DNA from: Ramazzottius varieornatus
Lineage: Eukaryota; Animalia; Tardigrada
Direction: 5' to 3'
Assembly (NCBI GenBank): GCA_001949185.1
Contig: BDGG01000004.1
Coordinates: 2,567,620 to 2,631,619 of the forward strand
Length of the DNA stretch: 64,000 nucleotides
Positions 62,476 to 64,000 of the stretch are shown piece after piece (position 1 is the first letter of the stretch; every line of letters starts with the position of its first letter). The position numbers and the translations under genes were made by a program. The notes below the pieces were generated by a model that was not told the origin of the DNA, did not search any database, and saw only the letters and a list, made by a program, of their open reading frames with translations.

Positions 62476-62522
62476 GGAGACTAGATTGACGCATATATAA
62501 TCGTTCCGCTATTGGATCGATA
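62476..62522 (-). promoter_or_regulatory. Conserved upstream motif of VAMP paralog B
   Basis: Minus strand TATCGATCCAA..TTATATATGCGTCAATCTAGTCTCC: DRE-like TATCGAT, TATA-like and half-CRE elements. Confidence 0.5.
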
Positions 62523-63068
62523 CAGTGAGGTCTTCCCGAGGCTGGGTGTGTTGGTGGCTTCTTTCGCTCGATAAATGGATCCTGCGTACTGTGCAGTGCT
62601 CCAGCTATACCTATCGTTCGTCAGGTCTATCGTTGATTTCATACGTTCTTTTGGATTATGGTCTTTATTCGATTTGTAGGAGAGACGGGAAGACAGTAAA
62701 CCTAGGCTGGGAGCCCTTGCCTATGAATTTATCGTGCGTACAGTACTCTTTCCGCAAGTTTAGGATACGTTATGAAAATTGGGTGTAACCGCAAGTGAAA
62801 AACAGTCTGTAGAAAATGAAAAACGGTTCGGCCTGCATGACGATACTTTGGTACATGAAGCAAAAATCGAATTTCTTGATTGTCATATGCGCGACCAAAA
62901 TCTTACGTATGTGGTTATTCCATAAGGGAGTACAGTACAGCACAATTTCTTTAAAGTCAGTGTTATATATATCTATATAACTTTCAGGCGTAAAATACGA
63001 GGTGCCTATATGATCCTTGGGCTCATGGGATGGAAAACCACCATATGTTTCTTTCGGAGAAGACTGAC

Positions 63069-63792
63069 TTATGATCCCGAAGTCGCCCAAACTGAAAGCA
63101 GAACATCTCAATAGGTGGTAACCGTTTTAGCCTTGATCGTAGTCTTTAAGTTAAGTAGTTTTGTACCTACCGATTATGATTATCAATATGACGACTGCAA
63201 TTGCAATTAGAATGCCCATCATCTTCAAATTTTTCCACCAGTATTTCCGCTTCAGTTTCCCGGCGCTCGTTTCGAACTGGGCCGCTCCCTGTTGAAGGGC
63301 ATCTACGGATAACGGAAACGTAATTGGTTAGTTTGTTCGAGACAGTATGGTCGGGAAATGCAGCGGTCTCCCACCAGCACGGTTATCCAGCTCGGCGAGC
63401 TTCTGATCTCTGTCGATAACTTTCTAAAGAGAAGAGCTTTGAAGTTCATGGAGCGATTTCACGTAAGATCTATTTGGCAGAAAATAGTTACAGTAAGTAT
63501 ATTATGCGTTGATATCACGAACCTCAACGTTTGTCCGCATGATGTCGACCACCTGCGACCAGGAAGTGGTTACAAACTGGACAGCTGTTAATAATATTTT
63601 GGGCCTTGCCGAGCAGCTTCCGGGTCTCTTACCTCGTCGACCTGAGCTTGGGTTTGCTGCAACCTTTTGTTGGACGTGTATGGGCCTTGAGGCGGCATGC
63701 CGGGACGCGGAGGTGGGTTTGGAGGTTGAGCCCTGTTGCGATCATTTTGTTTGAAAACATAACGTCAGACTTGTCTCACGTTTCACTTACAT
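63069..63792 (-). CDS. Synaptobrevin/VAMP2-like R-SNARE, paralog A
   Basis: AT|G split start; [34 protein letters not shown]|[10 protein letters not shown]|[16 protein letters not shown]|[32 protein letters not shown]|VWATSGS*. Confidence 0.9.
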
Positions 63793-64000
63793 ATTTTAGC
63801 CAGGACTTTTCCGCGTGGTCAGTGGACTGTTTCGGTGAAAGGCGGCGAAATTTTCTCGGCAGGAGGTTGCTTGTGATTCTCGGCTATATACGGGTCTCTG
63901 AAAATATAACGGAATTTAATATATGTTTTATATTACATACTTTGTATACTTTTCGGAAACAGCTGTACGAAATCTTCCTCAATGATATTAGATCGATATT

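Overview
Gene-dense eukaryotic (animal) genomic DNA with many short GT-AG introns (~60-110 nt), so the ORF track only shows exon fragments. Gene content (agatoxin-like peptide, PTP10D, CAPA/pyrokinin-type receptor) points to a compact-genome ecdysozoan/panarthropod; the species cannot be determined from the sequence alone. Manual splicing gives about 21 genes: claudin-like tetraspan, agatoxin-like peptide, PRXamide/NMU-family GPCR, HSD17B7, PTP10D, insulin-like peptide, SNRNP27, LONRF, parvin, SWSAP1-like, TMIE, DUSP8/16-like, RBM28, DDX5/17 (p68/Dbp2), YBEY, a PIWI protein, MRPL23, ATAD3 and three tandem synaptobrevins. Five MITE-like inverted-repeat insertions are also present. The most striking locus is the DDX5/17 helicase gene. 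It hosts two U14 box C/D snoRNAs and two unusually long introns with extensive predicted base-pairing. One lies at the Dbp2/p68 conserved intron position and contains a candidate stop-bearing poison exon whose two splice sites are both predicted to be buried in stems. The other folds into a multibranched ~500-nt RNA that partly masks its likely branch point. Together these suggest structure-gated autoregulation by the helicase. All gene models and RNA folds were derived by eye.
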